64,000 nucleotides of DNA from Roseibium sp. Its GTDB lineage: Bacteria > Pseudomonadota > Alphaproteobacteria > Rhizobiales > Stappiaceae. Made by a program: the position numbers and the translations under genes. The DNA lies in the NCBI RefSeq assembly GCF_039982295.1, contig NZ_JBDWYP010000069.1:4964-68963 (forward strand). Reading direction: 5' to 3'. Below, one piece after another: positions 10,406 through 19,887 of the stretch; the stretch's first letter is position 1; each line of letters begins with the position of its first letter. The notes beneath the pieces were generated by a model, which saw only the letters and a list, made by a program, of their open reading frames with translations, was not told the DNA's origin and made no database searches.

Positions 10406-10999
10406 ATGAGCAAAACCATTCTCGTCACCGGCTTTGAGCCCTTCCCCGGCATGCCGATCAACCCAACAGCGCAACTGATTGCTCGTCTACCAAGACGCCT
10501 GGCCCCAAGAACCGGGGTCCGGTTCGAGTTCGTTCGTCTGCCGACCACCTGGGCAGGACGTCAGGCAGTCACCGACCAGTTGCGCAAAGATCTGAAGCCC
10601 TCTGCAATCATCCACTTCGGCGTTGACGGAACACGGCGTTGCATCAACATCGAGACCCGCGCCGTCAACCGTGCGACACAGGTCAAGCCAGACGCCAAAG
10701 GCTATCACGCCGCCCCCGGCCCTCTGGAACAGGACGGGCCTGCGGCCAAGACATCGACCTTGCCGGTGCGGGCATTGAAAGATGCCGCAGCACGCAGCGG
10801 AGTGCCCGTTTCCCTGTCACGTGACGCCGGCACCTATCTTTGCAACGCCACGCTCTGGGACAGCATCTCGAGCGGCATTCCGAGCGTCTTCATCCACGTG
10901 CCGCCACTGCCGCGTGGAAGGTTTGACACGAGGCCTTCCCTGCAAGACATCGAAGCATCCGCGGTTCAGATTCTGTATGAAGTCGCGCGGCGGATCTAA
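10406..10999 (+). CDS. pcp: Pyroglutamyl-peptidase I (C15)
   Basis: ILVTGFEPF, NIETRA (Glu), DAGTYLCN (Cys), FIHVP (His) triad. Confidence 0.88.
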   Translation: MSKTILVTGFEPFPGMPINPTAQLIARLPRRLAPRTGVRFEFVRLPTTWAGRQAVTDQLRKDLKPSAIIHFGVDGTRRCINIETRAVNRATQVKPDAKGYHAAPGPLEQDGPAAKTSTLPVRALKDAAARSGVPVSLSRDAGTYLCNATLWDSISSGIPSVFIHVPPLPRGRFDTRPSLQDIEASAVQILYEVARRI

Positions 11000-11056
11000 G
11001 GCGAGCAGTTTCCGAACCGCAACTCCATCCGGCACAGGCGTTGCAATGATCTCCGC

Positions 11057-12469
11057 ATGAGCCGATTTTTTTCCAGATCCGGGACGCAAGTCCCCTCGCC
11101 TGCCGACTTGAGCCGTCGCACGTTTCTTGCTGGCACATTGGGTGGCACAGCCTTGTGCCTATCCGGGACGGCCTCGAGCGCGGCCATCCAGATCGCAGAC
11201 CTGCGCGGTTCCATGGACGCCGGCGAGCTGGGACTGGTTCCAAATGCCTCGGACGATCAGACGGCGCTCTTCCAAAATGCGATCAACCGGGCGGTCGAGA
11301 AAGGCCGTGCGCTGTTTCTGCCGGCCGGCAACTATCCGGTTGCCAATCTGCGTTTTCCCTCAGGCACCCTTATTGTTGGTGTTCCTGGGCGCACCCGCCT
11401 GATCTACCAGGGCGGCGGCGGACTGCTTGCCACAGCAGAAGGTGTTTCCAATGTCTCGCTGTCTGGCCTCACATTTGACGGAGCTAACCGTAGCATTGGC
11501 GGTCACACCGAAGGCCTCCTGCATTTCGTTGGCGTTCGCGAACTGTCTTTGACGGACAGCTCCATTGTCGGATCAGCTCAGAGCGGTGTTGTGGCCGACA
11601 GGTGTTCGGGCCGGATTTCGGGTTGCATCATCACAGGCGCCGCAGAAGCGGCCATCCGCTCGAACGAAGCCACCGGGCTTCAGATTACTGACAACGTCAT
11701 TACCGATTGTGCCAATGGTGGCATCTGGGTGCACCGCTGGAAGCAGGGCGAAGATGGCACCCTGGTCTCCGGCAACCGGATTGAACGCATCGGCGCGAAA
11801 CACGGCGGGACAGGCCAGTGGGGCAACGGCATTAATGTATTCCGCGCAGACGGCGTAGTCGTCTCCGGCAATCGTATCGCTGACTGTGCTTTCTCCGCGA
11901 TCCGGTCCAACACAGGCTCAAACGTTCAGATCATCGGCAACTCCTGCCTGCGCTCCGGCGAAGTCGCGATCTACTCGGAATTCGCCTTTCAGGGCGCGCT
12001 GATTTCCAACAACCTGATAGACGGCGGCACAACCGGCATTTCGATCGCCAACTTTATGGATGGCGGTCGGCTGGCTGTCTGCTCAGGAAATCTGATCCGT
12101 AATCTGTCTGCGACGGGCCCCTATCCGCCAGAAGTTGCAGGTTTCGGCATCGGCATCGCTGCTGAGGCGGACACCACCATCACGGGCAATGTGATCGAAG
12201 GCGCTCCGCGGTTTGGTCTGTTGCTTGGCTGGGGCCCCTACATGCGCAACATCGTAGCCTCGCAGAATGTTCTGCGCTCTTGCGGCACCGGCATCGCTGT
12301 TACCGTGGTGGACGGGGCCGGTTCAGCCGTGATCAGCAACAATGTGATTCAGGGATCCGACAAAGATGCAATCGTCGGCTACCGCTGGCTCGACAAAGCC
12401 ACCCGTGAACTCAACAACACACAGGACTGGTCGCATCTAGCAGTGATGGGCAACCAGATCGCTGCCTAA
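11057..12469 (+). CDS. Tat-exported right-handed beta-helix repeat protein (TIGR03808-like)
   Basis: SRRTFL Tat motif; repeated I.GN.I beta-helix coils; GQWGNGINVFRA. Confidence 0.85.
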   Translation: MSRFFSRSGTQVPSPADLSRRTFLAGTLGGTALCLSGTASSAAIQIADLRGSMDAGELGLVPNASDDQTALFQNAINRAVEKGRALFLPAGNYPVANLRFPSGTLIVGVPGRTRLIYQGGGGLLATAEGVSNVSLSGLTFDGANRSIGGHTEGLLHFVGVRELSLTDSSIVGSAQSGVVADRCSGRISGCIITGAAEAAIRSNEATGLQITDNVITDCANGGIWVHRWKQGEDGTLVSGNRIERIGAKHGGTGQWGNGINVFRADGVVVSGNRIADCAFSAIRSNTGSNVQIIGNSCLRSGEVAIYSEFAFQGALISNNLIDGGTTGISIANFMDGGRLAVCSGNLIRNLSATGPYPPEVAGFGIGIAAEADTTITGNVIEGAPRFGLLLGWGPYMRNIVASQNVLRSCGTGIAVTVVDGAGSAVISNNVIQGSDKDAIVGYRWLDKATRELNNTQDWSHLAVMGNQIAA

Positions 12470-12477
12470 GGCTGAAA

Positions 12478-13278
12478 TCAATCGAGACTGAAACGCAAGG
12501 ACAGGCAGGACAGGCCACCGTCGACCTTGCGGGCTTCGTGGGTCGGCAAAACGACAGTCTTGAAGCCGGCTGCCTCAACGGCATCTCGCGTCTTCGGATA
12601 ACCCTCTGGCACCAGCACAACGTCGTTCACCCGGATGACGTTTGCCGCATACTCTTCATCTTCCGGCACCTGGACGGTCTTGCGATCACCGAAAAATTCG
12701 CTGTCGATCATGACCTTGGTCGCGAGGATGACACCCTCGCCAAGGGTCGAACAGGCGGTCTTGAAATGCAGCACCCCATCGGGCGTTTCCGCTACGCGGG
12801 CATTGTAGCCCCATTCTTGTAAAAGCGCTGCGAAAGCGTCCGCACCAAGCCGGTCTGTACGGGCGGACAAGCCAATCAGAATTTCATCATCCAGCGTCAG
12901 GACGTCACCGCCGTCAACGTGGCCGTCTCCAGGAATCTCGACAACATTGTCGAAACGCGCCTCAAGCGCGGCGCGAATTTCAGCCGCTTCGCTCTTTCGG
13001 CTGGCAGCACCGGGACGCAGGAGAATTGCACCTTCGGGCAGGCAAAATGCCGGATCTTCCACAAAGCAGCTGTCAGGGAAACCTTCCAGTCGTGGCAGAA
13101 CATCTACCGTCAATCCGGCCGATTTCAGTGCATCGATATAAGCGGTGTGCTCAGCGCGAAAGGCTTCGCCACTGGGGTTGCCCGTATCGACGGCTCTCAG
13201 GCCATCGGCAACACTGTCGGCAGGAACGCGCGTGATTGCGTGGGTGAAATGCCAGGAAAGACCTTCACGATGCGGCAT
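12478..13278 (-). CDS. ddaH: Dimethylarginine dimethylaminohydrolase (amidinotransferase superfamily)
   Basis: DSCFVEDP, VDGGDVL, VLHFKT (His), DGGLSCLSLRF (Cys). Confidence 0.88.
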   Translation of the reverse strand: MPHREGLSWHFTHAITRVPADSVADGLRAVDTGNPSGEAFRAEHTAYIDALKSAGLTVDVLPRLEGFPDSCFVEDPAFCLPEGAILLRPGAASRKSEAAEIRAALEARFDNVVEIPGDGHVDGGDVLTLDDEILIGLSARTDRLGADAFAALLQEWGYNARVAETPDGVLHFKTACSTLGEGVILATKVMIDSEFFGDRKTVQVPEDEEYAANVIRVNDVVLVPEGYPKTRDAVEAAGFKTVVLPTHEARKVDGGLSCLSLRFSLD

Positions 13279-13308
13279 TGGGCTAAACCTTGAGTTTCCA
13301 GACTGAGC

Positions 13309-14337
13309 TCAGACGAGCGCAGCCTTGAGGGCGGAGAGGAAGGTTTCGGACGGACGAACTTCCCCAGCTTCGAAACCGGCGCGAGTGCGGATCGCCGGAT
13401 TGACATAAGCATCCAATGCCTTGGCCTCCTCTTCGCTCTTGTCGAGCAGAACTTCAAGGACAGCGCCCATCATGACTTCCGCGCCGCGTGTACCGCCGTC
13501 GTCGCACTTCAGCGCAATGCCAAGCCCCTTTTCAGGGACCGACGCGCAGAAGACGCCTTCAGCGCCGAACTTGACGAAAACGCGCCCCTTGAAAGCCGCC
13601 ATGATGTCGGAACAGAAGCGCTCCGTGCCTGCCACCATAAAGGGCTCATTGACACAGGCTTCATACAGACGCTCGCAAGCCTGCGCCCGGTTGGGTTCCA
13701 GGTCATTTCCTGTGCCGAAGACGGCAAAGGCGCGCGCAATACCCTTCAACGGGCTGGCATAGGTCGGGATCGAGCAGCCGTCTGTCCCGCAGACATCTGC
13801 CGTCAATTCCTCCCCCGTGAATTCTTCGACTGTGGACTTGATTTCCTGCTGCACCGGATGGTCCGGCAGCACATAGCCCTTGGTGGCAGCCCCCAGAACC
13901 TTGGCCAGACCAAGAAACCCGGCATGTTTGCCCGAACAATTGTTGTAGAGCGCGCCCGGCTCCTCGTCGGCCCGAACGAGATCGGCGATATCCTCGAGCC
14001 GTTTCGGCCACTGAGAGCCGCACTCCAGATCATCCTCGCTCAGACCCGCCTTGATCAGCATGACGCGGGCAGATTTGACGTGCACACTTTCGCCGTTGTG
14101 AGATGCACAGCAAAGCGCCAGTTCCGCGTCATCGAAATCCAGAGCGTCGGCGGCCCCACTCTCGACCAGCGGCAAGGCCTGAAGCACCTTGATGGCAGAG
14201 CGCGGAAAAACCCGAGCCTCTGCATCTCCAATCGCGCAGACAAGCTTGCCACTGTCGTCGACAATCGCCACAGACCCGCGATGGCGGCTCTCCACCAACT
14301 TGCCGCGCGTGACTTCAACGGTGACTGGATTGGTCAT
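13309..14337 (-). CDS. L-asparaginase II (Rhizobium AnsA type)
   Basis: VESRHRG, FPRSAIK, CCASHNGE, NNCSGKHAGFL, GTDGCSIPT, KFGAEG. Confidence 0.9.
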   Translation of the reverse strand: MTNPVTVEVTRGKLVESRHRGSVAIVDDSGKLVCAIGDAEARVFPRSAIKVLQALPLVESGAADALDFDDAELALCCASHNGESVHVKSARVMLIKAGLSEDDLECGSQWPKRLEDIADLVRADEEPGALYNNCSGKHAGFLGLAKVLGAATKGYVLPDHPVQQEIKSTVEEFTGEELTADVCGTDGCSIPTYASPLKGIARAFAVFGTGNDLEPNRAQACERLYEACVNEPFMVAGTERFCSDIMAAFKGRVFVKFGAEGVFCASVPEKGLGIALKCDDGGTRGAEVMMGAVLEVLLDKSEEEAKALDAYVNPAIRTRAGFEAGEVRPSETFLSALKAALV

Positions 14338-14377
14338 GAACGACACTCCTTGGTCAAAATTTGAATGGCTAGGCGGC

Positions 14378-15562
14378 CTAGTGGGCTGCTGCTTCCTGAA
14401 GATCAGCTGTCATCCAGCCTACCAAGCGGCTCATGGCTTCATCAATCACGTGATCCTGTTTGCAGAAACAGAAGCGGATGAAGTTGGTCGGCGCATCACC
14501 ACCATAGAAGGCGGACACTGGTACAGCTGCGACACCGGCCTCCTTGACCATGCGCTGGCAGGCATCGACATCTGTGTCGCCTATGCCGAGACCCGTGATA
14601 TCGCAGGTCAGGAAATAGGTCGCTGCGCAGGGCAAAACGCCAAAACCCAGTTTTTCAAGCGCCGCGGCCATGCGATCGCGTTTGGCGGCGAGTTCCGAGG
14701 CAAGGCCTTCATAGTAGGCATCATCCTTCGCCAGCCCCGTCGCGACTGCCTTTTGGAGGTTCGGCGGCGTGGTGAAGGTGACATATTGATGGGCCTTGGC
14801 GATCGGGTCGATCAGCTGTGCCGCGCCCGTGATGTAACCGACCTTCCAGCCGGTCAGTGAGAAGGTCTTGCCGGCGGACCCAATACGCAGAGTTCGCTCT
14901 GCCATGCCGTCAAAGCTCATAAGCGGATGGTGGCGCGCACCGTTAAAGACCAGATGCTCGTAGACTTCGTCGCAGATCGCATAGACGTCGTGCCGAACAC
15001 AGAGCTCTGCGATGGCCTTGAGTTCTTCTTCAGAGAAAACCTTGGCAGCCGGGTTCATCGGATTGTTGATCAAGATAGCCTTGGTTTTTTCCGTGAAGGA
15101 GGCCTCCAGCGCGGCAAGATCCAGAGACCAGCTTGGCGGCGTAACCCTTAGACGCACAGGGGCGCCGCCAGCGCGCTTGACCAGCGGCAGATAGCAATCA
15201 TAAAGCGGCTCGATCAGGATGACCTCGTCACCGGGTTCGACGAGCGCAAGGATACAATCATTCAAGGCTTCGGTCGCACCAGAGGTCACGACAACCTGGC
15301 TCTGCCAATCAATGTCCAGGCCATAGAATCGTTTGTTGGCGGCGGCAACCGCCTGGCGCAATTCCGGCAGGCCCAGCATCGGCGGATATTGGTTGGGCCC
15401 ATCAACCAGCGCCCTCGCCGCGGTCTCGCGAATGTCCAAGGGGCCGTCGACATCCGGAAACCCCTGGCCCAGATTCACGGCTTCATGCGCCATTGCCAGC
15501 CGCGACATGGTTTCGAAAATCGTGGTTTCCAGTCCTGTGAAAACGGGATTGGTGGATTTCAT
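14378..15562 (-). CDS. Class I/II PLP aminotransferase (YbdL/kynurenine aminotransferase-like)
   Basis: VNLGQGFPD, NNPMNP, DEVYEHL, SAGKTFSLTGWKVG. Confidence 0.9.
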   Translation of the reverse strand: MKSTNPVFTGLETTIFETMSRLAMAHEAVNLGQGFPDVDGPLDIRETAARALVDGPNQYPPMLGLPELRQAVAAANKRFYGLDIDWQSQVVVTSGATEALNDCILALVEPGDEVILIEPLYDCYLPLVKRAGGAPVRLRVTPPSWSLDLAALEASFTEKTKAILINNPMNPAAKVFSEEELKAIAELCVRHDVYAICDEVYEHLVFNGARHHPLMSFDGMAERTLRIGSAGKTFSLTGWKVGYITGAAQLIDPIAKAHQYVTFTTPPNLQKAVATGLAKDDAYYEGLASELAAKRDRMAAALEKLGFGVLPCAATYFLTCDITGLGIGDTDVDACQRMVKEAGVAAVPVSAFYGGDAPTNFIRFCFCKQDHVIDEAMSRLVGWMTADLQEAAAH

Positions 15563-15869
15563 CTTGGGACCTCCCGGCCGATCGCGGTTTTCACGCGATT
15601 TCTAGTATCGAATTTCGCGTTGTAGCCTTGAAGATGAACCACGTCGAGTGGGTTTTATTTCGCGTCTCAAGACCATCTGACGCCGAGCCTTTGACGAGCC
15701 AAAGCACCAGCGACAACCAGTCGGTTTTTGCATAATGGGAAACCGCTTCCTCCAGTGGATAAATGCAGCGTTTACAGCAACACCCCGTCTTCACGGCGAC
15801 GTGCTTTGGAAGTTCTCTTACGCAAACGCATTCGGCGGCGGCCCGGCAATAAAAGCCGATCTTGCATGC

Positions 15870-15900
15870 AAAAAGCCCGGAGCAATTTGCCCCGGGCTTC
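15870..15900 (-). terminator. Rho-independent terminator of the usp-AGCS operon
   Basis: AAGCCCGG...CCGGGCTT stem with T-tract on the minus strand just after stop 15928. Confidence 0.7.
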
Positions 15901-15927
15901 TTGTTTATCCGTGCTGTTTCCCAGGGC

Positions 15928-17469
15928 TCAACGGCTCTTGAACTTGCGGATCTCGCCTGATTTCAAGCGTCCCATGTAGCTAACCATCTCTCGCTTCACC
16001 ACCGGCATCAGGACATAGAGACCAATGATGTTGACGACGGCCATGGCGAAGATGGCCGCATCGGAGAAATCAATGACCGGGCCGAGATTGGCCGCGGCAC
16101 CGATGACGACGAAGATGCAGAACATCACCTTGAAGACCAGCTCCTTGGACTTGCCTTCGCCGAACAGATAGGTCCAGGCTTTCAGACCGTAGTAGGACCA
16201 GGAGATCATCGTCGAGAAGGCGAAGAGGATCACGGCGACAGCCAGGACATAGGGGAACCAGCTGAAGGCGCTGCCGAAGGCCGCCGAGGTCAGACCAACA
16301 CCAGATGCACCGGAAGCCGTTACAATGTTGCCATTCTCGACCATGTAGTTTCCGGTCGCCGGATCAATGACCAACTGCTGCGTGATGATGATCACCAACG
16401 CGGTCATTGTACAGATGACAACCGTGTCGATGAAGGGTTCAAGCAGCGAGACAACGCCCTCGGTGATGGGTTCCTTGGTACGGACCGCCGAATGCGCGAT
16501 GGCCGCAGAACCAACGCCTGCTTCGTTGGAGAAGGCTGCGCGTTTGAAACCCTGGATCAGGGCCCCGACGAAACCGCCCGCGATGCCCAGACCGGTAAAG
16601 GCACCTTCGAAGATCTGGCCAAATGCCCAACCGACCTTGTCCAGGTTCATCAGGATGATGACCAATGCGGCCAGCACATAGAGAATGCCCATGAAGGGCA
16701 CGACCTTTTCAGTCACGCTTGCGATCGACTTCAGGCCGCCGATGATCACGGCAAAGACCACACCAGCGAAAATGACTCCAGTGATCCAGCCCGGGTAATC
16801 ACCAACGATGCCAGCGATCTGCTGGTGCGCCTGGTTGGCCTGGAACATGTTGCCGCCGCCAAGCGAGCCAAGGATACAGAAAACCGCGAAGAAGACAGCG
16901 AGGATTTTCCCGCCCGGAACGCCGCGTTCGGCAAAGCCTTTGGTGATGTAATACATCGGACCGCCGGAGACCGTACCGTCCGCATATTCATTGCGGTACT
17001 TCACGCCAAGCGTACACTCGGTGAACTTGGAGGCCATTCCCATCAAGCCCGCAAGGATCATCCAGAACGTCGCGCCCGGTCCGCCAATGCCGACCGCAAC
17101 CGCAACGCCGGCGATGTTCCCGAGCCCGACGGTTCCCGAAAGGGCCGTGGCCAGAGCCTGAAAGTGGCTAACCTCCCCTGCATCATTTGGATCCGAGTAG
17201 TCGCCCTTCACGAGCGAAATCGCATGACCGAAGGCGCGGAACTGAATGACGCCGAAATAAACAGTGAAGATGGTGGCGGCGATGACCAGCCAGGCAACGA
17301 TCCAGGGAAAGCTGGTTCCTGGAAAGGGACTAAAGATCAGGCTGACAAACCAGCCTGTTGACGCAGAAAACAACGCATTGACCTGCTCATCAATGGATTG
17401 CGCGACCGTTGGACCTGCTGAAAGCACAAGGGCCGCAGCGCCGAGTGCTACTTTTCTGATTGTTTGCAT
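15928..17469 (-). CDS. Alanine/glycine:cation symporter (AGCS)
   Basis: SHFQALATALSGTVGLGNIAGVA, GPGATFWM, FSNEAGVGS. Confidence 0.93.
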   Translation of the reverse strand: MQTIRKVALGAAALVLSAGPTVAQSIDEQVNALFSASTGWFVSLIFSPFPGTSFPWIVAWLVIAATIFTVYFGVIQFRAFGHAISLVKGDYSDPNDAGEVSHFQALATALSGTVGLGNIAGVAVAVGIGGPGATFWMILAGLMGMASKFTECTLGVKYRNEYADGTVSGGPMYYITKGFAERGVPGGKILAVFFAVFCILGSLGGGNMFQANQAHQQIAGIVGDYPGWITGVIFAGVVFAVIIGGLKSIASVTEKVVPFMGILYVLAALVIILMNLDKVGWAFGQIFEGAFTGLGIAGGFVGALIQGFKRAAFSNEAGVGSAAIAHSAVRTKEPITEGVVSLLEPFIDTVVICTMTALVIIITQQLVIDPATGNYMVENGNIVTASGASGVGLTSAAFGSAFSWFPYVLAVAVILFAFSTMISWSYYGLKAWTYLFGEGKSKELVFKVMFCIFVVIGAAANLGPVIDFSDAAIFAMAVVNIIGLYVLMPVVKREMVSYMGRLKSGEIRKFKSR

Positions 17470-17488
17470 GACACCCTCTGGATTTTTC

Positions 17489-17923
17489 TTATGGAACGAT
17501 GGTCACAGGCACGTCGGCATGCTGGGCAAGACTGCCGGCAACCGAACCAAACACGCGGGTCGACAGGCTGCTGTGGCCCGTACGACCAATGAAGATCTGG
17601 TCTGCACCACAATCGGTCGAAATGGACATCAAAGTATCGACGATGTTGCCATAGCGGATCACGCTTTCGACTGCGGCATGTTCAGATTTGATCTTCGCAA
17701 TCAAGGGGCCAATCAATGCCTGTTCGGCACGCTTGAGTTCCTCGTTGCGCCGTTTGTGTCGCTCTTCAATTTCGGTGGGGGTCAAAAAAGAATAGGGAGA
17801 CCATTCAAGTACATGCGCCACAACCAGAACTGCATCACAGCTCTTGGCCAGGGCTATGGCAAAGCGAATTGCACCCTCGGATGCCTGGCTGCCATCGTAG
17901 CCGACAACATATTTAACGCTCAT
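17489..17923 (-). CDS. Universal stress protein (single USP domain)
   Basis: VVGYDGSQAS, IFIGRTG.S...VFGSVAGSLAQHADVPVTIVP; start at ATG 17923. Confidence 0.9.
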   Translation of the reverse strand: MSVKYVVGYDGSQASEGAIRFAIALAKSCDAVLVVAHVLEWSPYSFLTPTEIEERHKRRNEELKRAEQALIGPLIAKIKSEHAAVESVIRYGNIVDTLMSISTDCGADQIFIGRTGHSSLSTRVFGSVAGSLAQHADVPVTIVP

Positions 17924-18056
17924 AATTTGCCCCTTCCTGACAACTTTAACGAAGTCACGAAAGCACAATGTAACCGGACTGTCACCAATCCTTAATAAAT
18001 CATGTAGAGTTACTTCTCTTGCTGCGATGCGAAACATTGGCTAAAAGTCGGGCAAA

Positions 18057-18070
18057 TTGATTTGGATCAG
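18057..18070. promoter_or_regulatory. FNR/FixK-like box between divergent usp and sulP
   Basis: TTGAT-TTGG-ATCAG, one mismatch to TTGAT-N4-ATCAA. Confidence 0.5.
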
Positions 18071-18156
18071 AACATGGCACCCAGGCCAGATCGGCGCCAT
18101 TTCCAAACTCTGCCGAACAAATTGAACGCAACCGAGTAGCGGTTGCCAAAAACAGA

Positions 18157-19752
18157 TTGGAGTTGTCCTTGTCCGCACGCGCCGAGGCACCTGTCCCCGT
18201 CACATCGACCAAACTGACCCCGAACCGCATCAAGATCGAGCTTCTCGCAGGCCTGACGGTCGCGCTCGCATTGGTTCCCGAAGCCGTTGCCTTTGCCTTC
18301 GTTGCCGGTGTCAATCCGTTGGTGGGTCTCTATGCCGCCTTTTTCGTCGGCCTGATCACAGCCTGCTTTGGCGGCCGTCCGGGCATGATCTCCGGCGCGA
18401 CCGGGGCGCTCGCCGTGGTGATGGTTTCCCTGGTCGCCCGGCATGGAGTTGAGTATCTCTTTGCAACGGTCGTGCTCATGGGGTTCATCCAGATCGCCGT
18501 TGGTCTTTTGAAGTGGGGCAAGTTCATCCGAATGGTGCCGCATCCCGTAATGCTTGGCTTCGTGAACGGTCTGGCGATCGTCATCTTCCTTGCCCAGCTT
18601 GGCCAGTTCAAGGTCGACGACGGCGCGGGTGGCCTGAGCTGGATGACCGGTTCCGATCTCTATCTGATGCTCGGCCTTGTGGCCCTCACGATGGCTGTCA
18701 TCTGGTTCCTGCCCCGGCTCACAGGCGCGTTTCCGGCGCCACTTGCCGGCATTCTGGTGGTGTCGGCACTGGTTCTCGGCTTCGGCCTCGACACGCGCTC
18801 GGTGGGCGATCTCGCCTCGATCGCCGGCGGTTTGCCGGAGTTCCACATCCCGATGGTTCCCCTCACCTGGGAAACGCTTGAAATCATTCTGCCCTATTCG
18901 GTGATTCTGGCTGCCATTGGCCTGATTGAATCGCTTCTGACACTGAACCTTGTGGCAGACATGACAAACACCAAGGGCGGCGCATCTCGCGAATGCGTGG
19001 CGCAGGGTGCCTCAAACGTGGTGACCGGCTTCTTCGGTGGCATGGGTGGCTGTGCCATGATCGGCCAGTCGATGATCAATGTGAAGTCCGGCGCGCGGAC
19101 CCGTATTTCGGGCATCGCTGCAGCCCTCTTCCTGTTGTCTTTCATCCTCTTTGCAGCCCCCTTGATCGAGCAGATCCCGGTCGCAGCGCTCGTCGGCGTG
19201 ATGTTCATGGTCGTGATCGGCACCTTCGCCTGGACCAGCTTGAAGATCATGCACAAGATCCCGATGACCGACGCTCTGGTGATCGTGATTGTGACGTGCG
19301 TGACGGTGTATGCGGATCTGGCCATGGCGGTGGTCGTCGGCGTCATCATCTCCGCGCTCGCCTATGCCTGGAACGCTGCCAGTCGGATTGATGCGCGCAC
19401 CGGTGTTTCCAAGGAAGGCTGGAAGGTCTACCGGCTGTCAGGTCCGCTCTTCTTTGGCTCCGTGACAGGCTTTCAGGACCTCTTCGACATCAACACTGAT
19501 CCAGACGACGTTGTCGTTGATTTCATGGACAGCCGTGTTGTCGATCACTCGGGTCTCGAGGCCATTGACGCGCTCGCCTCCAAGTATGTGGCAGCCGGAA
19601 AGCGCCTTCACCTTCGTCACCTTTCGCGCGATTGCCAAAAGCTGCTCGAAAAAGCCGGCAACCTGATCGAGGTTTCGGTTCTCGAAGATCCGGACTATGA
19701 GGTTGCCGTCGACTATGGCGACAAGTTCGAGACACCACAGAAATCCAGCTGA
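18157..19752 (+). CDS. SulP family anion transporter with STAS domain (start may be TTG 18169)
   Basis: ELLAGLTVALALVPEAVAFA, GRPGMISGATGA, GPLFFGS, DHSGLEAI. Confidence 0.93.
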   Translation: MELSLSARAEAPVPVTSTKLTPNRIKIELLAGLTVALALVPEAVAFAFVAGVNPLVGLYAAFFVGLITACFGGRPGMISGATGALAVVMVSLVARHGVEYLFATVVLMGFIQIAVGLLKWGKFIRMVPHPVMLGFVNGLAIVIFLAQLGQFKVDDGAGGLSWMTGSDLYLMLGLVALTMAVIWFLPRLTGAFPAPLAGILVVSALVLGFGLDTRSVGDLASIAGGLPEFHIPMVPLTWETLEIILPYSVILAAIGLIESLLTLNLVADMTNTKGGASRECVAQGASNVVTGFFGGMGGCAMIGQSMINVKSGARTRISGIAAALFLLSFILFAAPLIEQIPVAALVGVMFMVVIGTFAWTSLKIMHKIPMTDALVIVIVTCVTVYADLAMAVVVGVIISALAYAWNAASRIDARTGVSKEGWKVYRLSGPLFFGSVTGFQDLFDINTDPDDVVVDFMDSRVVDHSGLEAIDALASKYVAAGKRLHLRHLSRDCQKLLEKAGNLIEVSVLEDPDYEVAVDYGDKFETPQKSS

Positions 19753-19759
19753 CTCTTTG

Positions 19760-19794
19760 AAAGGCGGGCCTTGCACGGCCCGCCTTTGTTCTTT
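19760..19794 (+). terminator. Rho-independent terminator
   Basis: AAAGGCGGGCC-TTGCAC-GGCCCGCCTTT perfect 11-bp stem plus T-rich tail. Confidence 0.8.
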
Positions 19795-19887
19795 GGCGCC
19801 CAGTGGCAAAGGCACCAGACACCTTTACCTGCAAGGGTTCTTCGGACGATACTCGCCCCGGCTCAAACACCGGACGGATTCGGCGAC

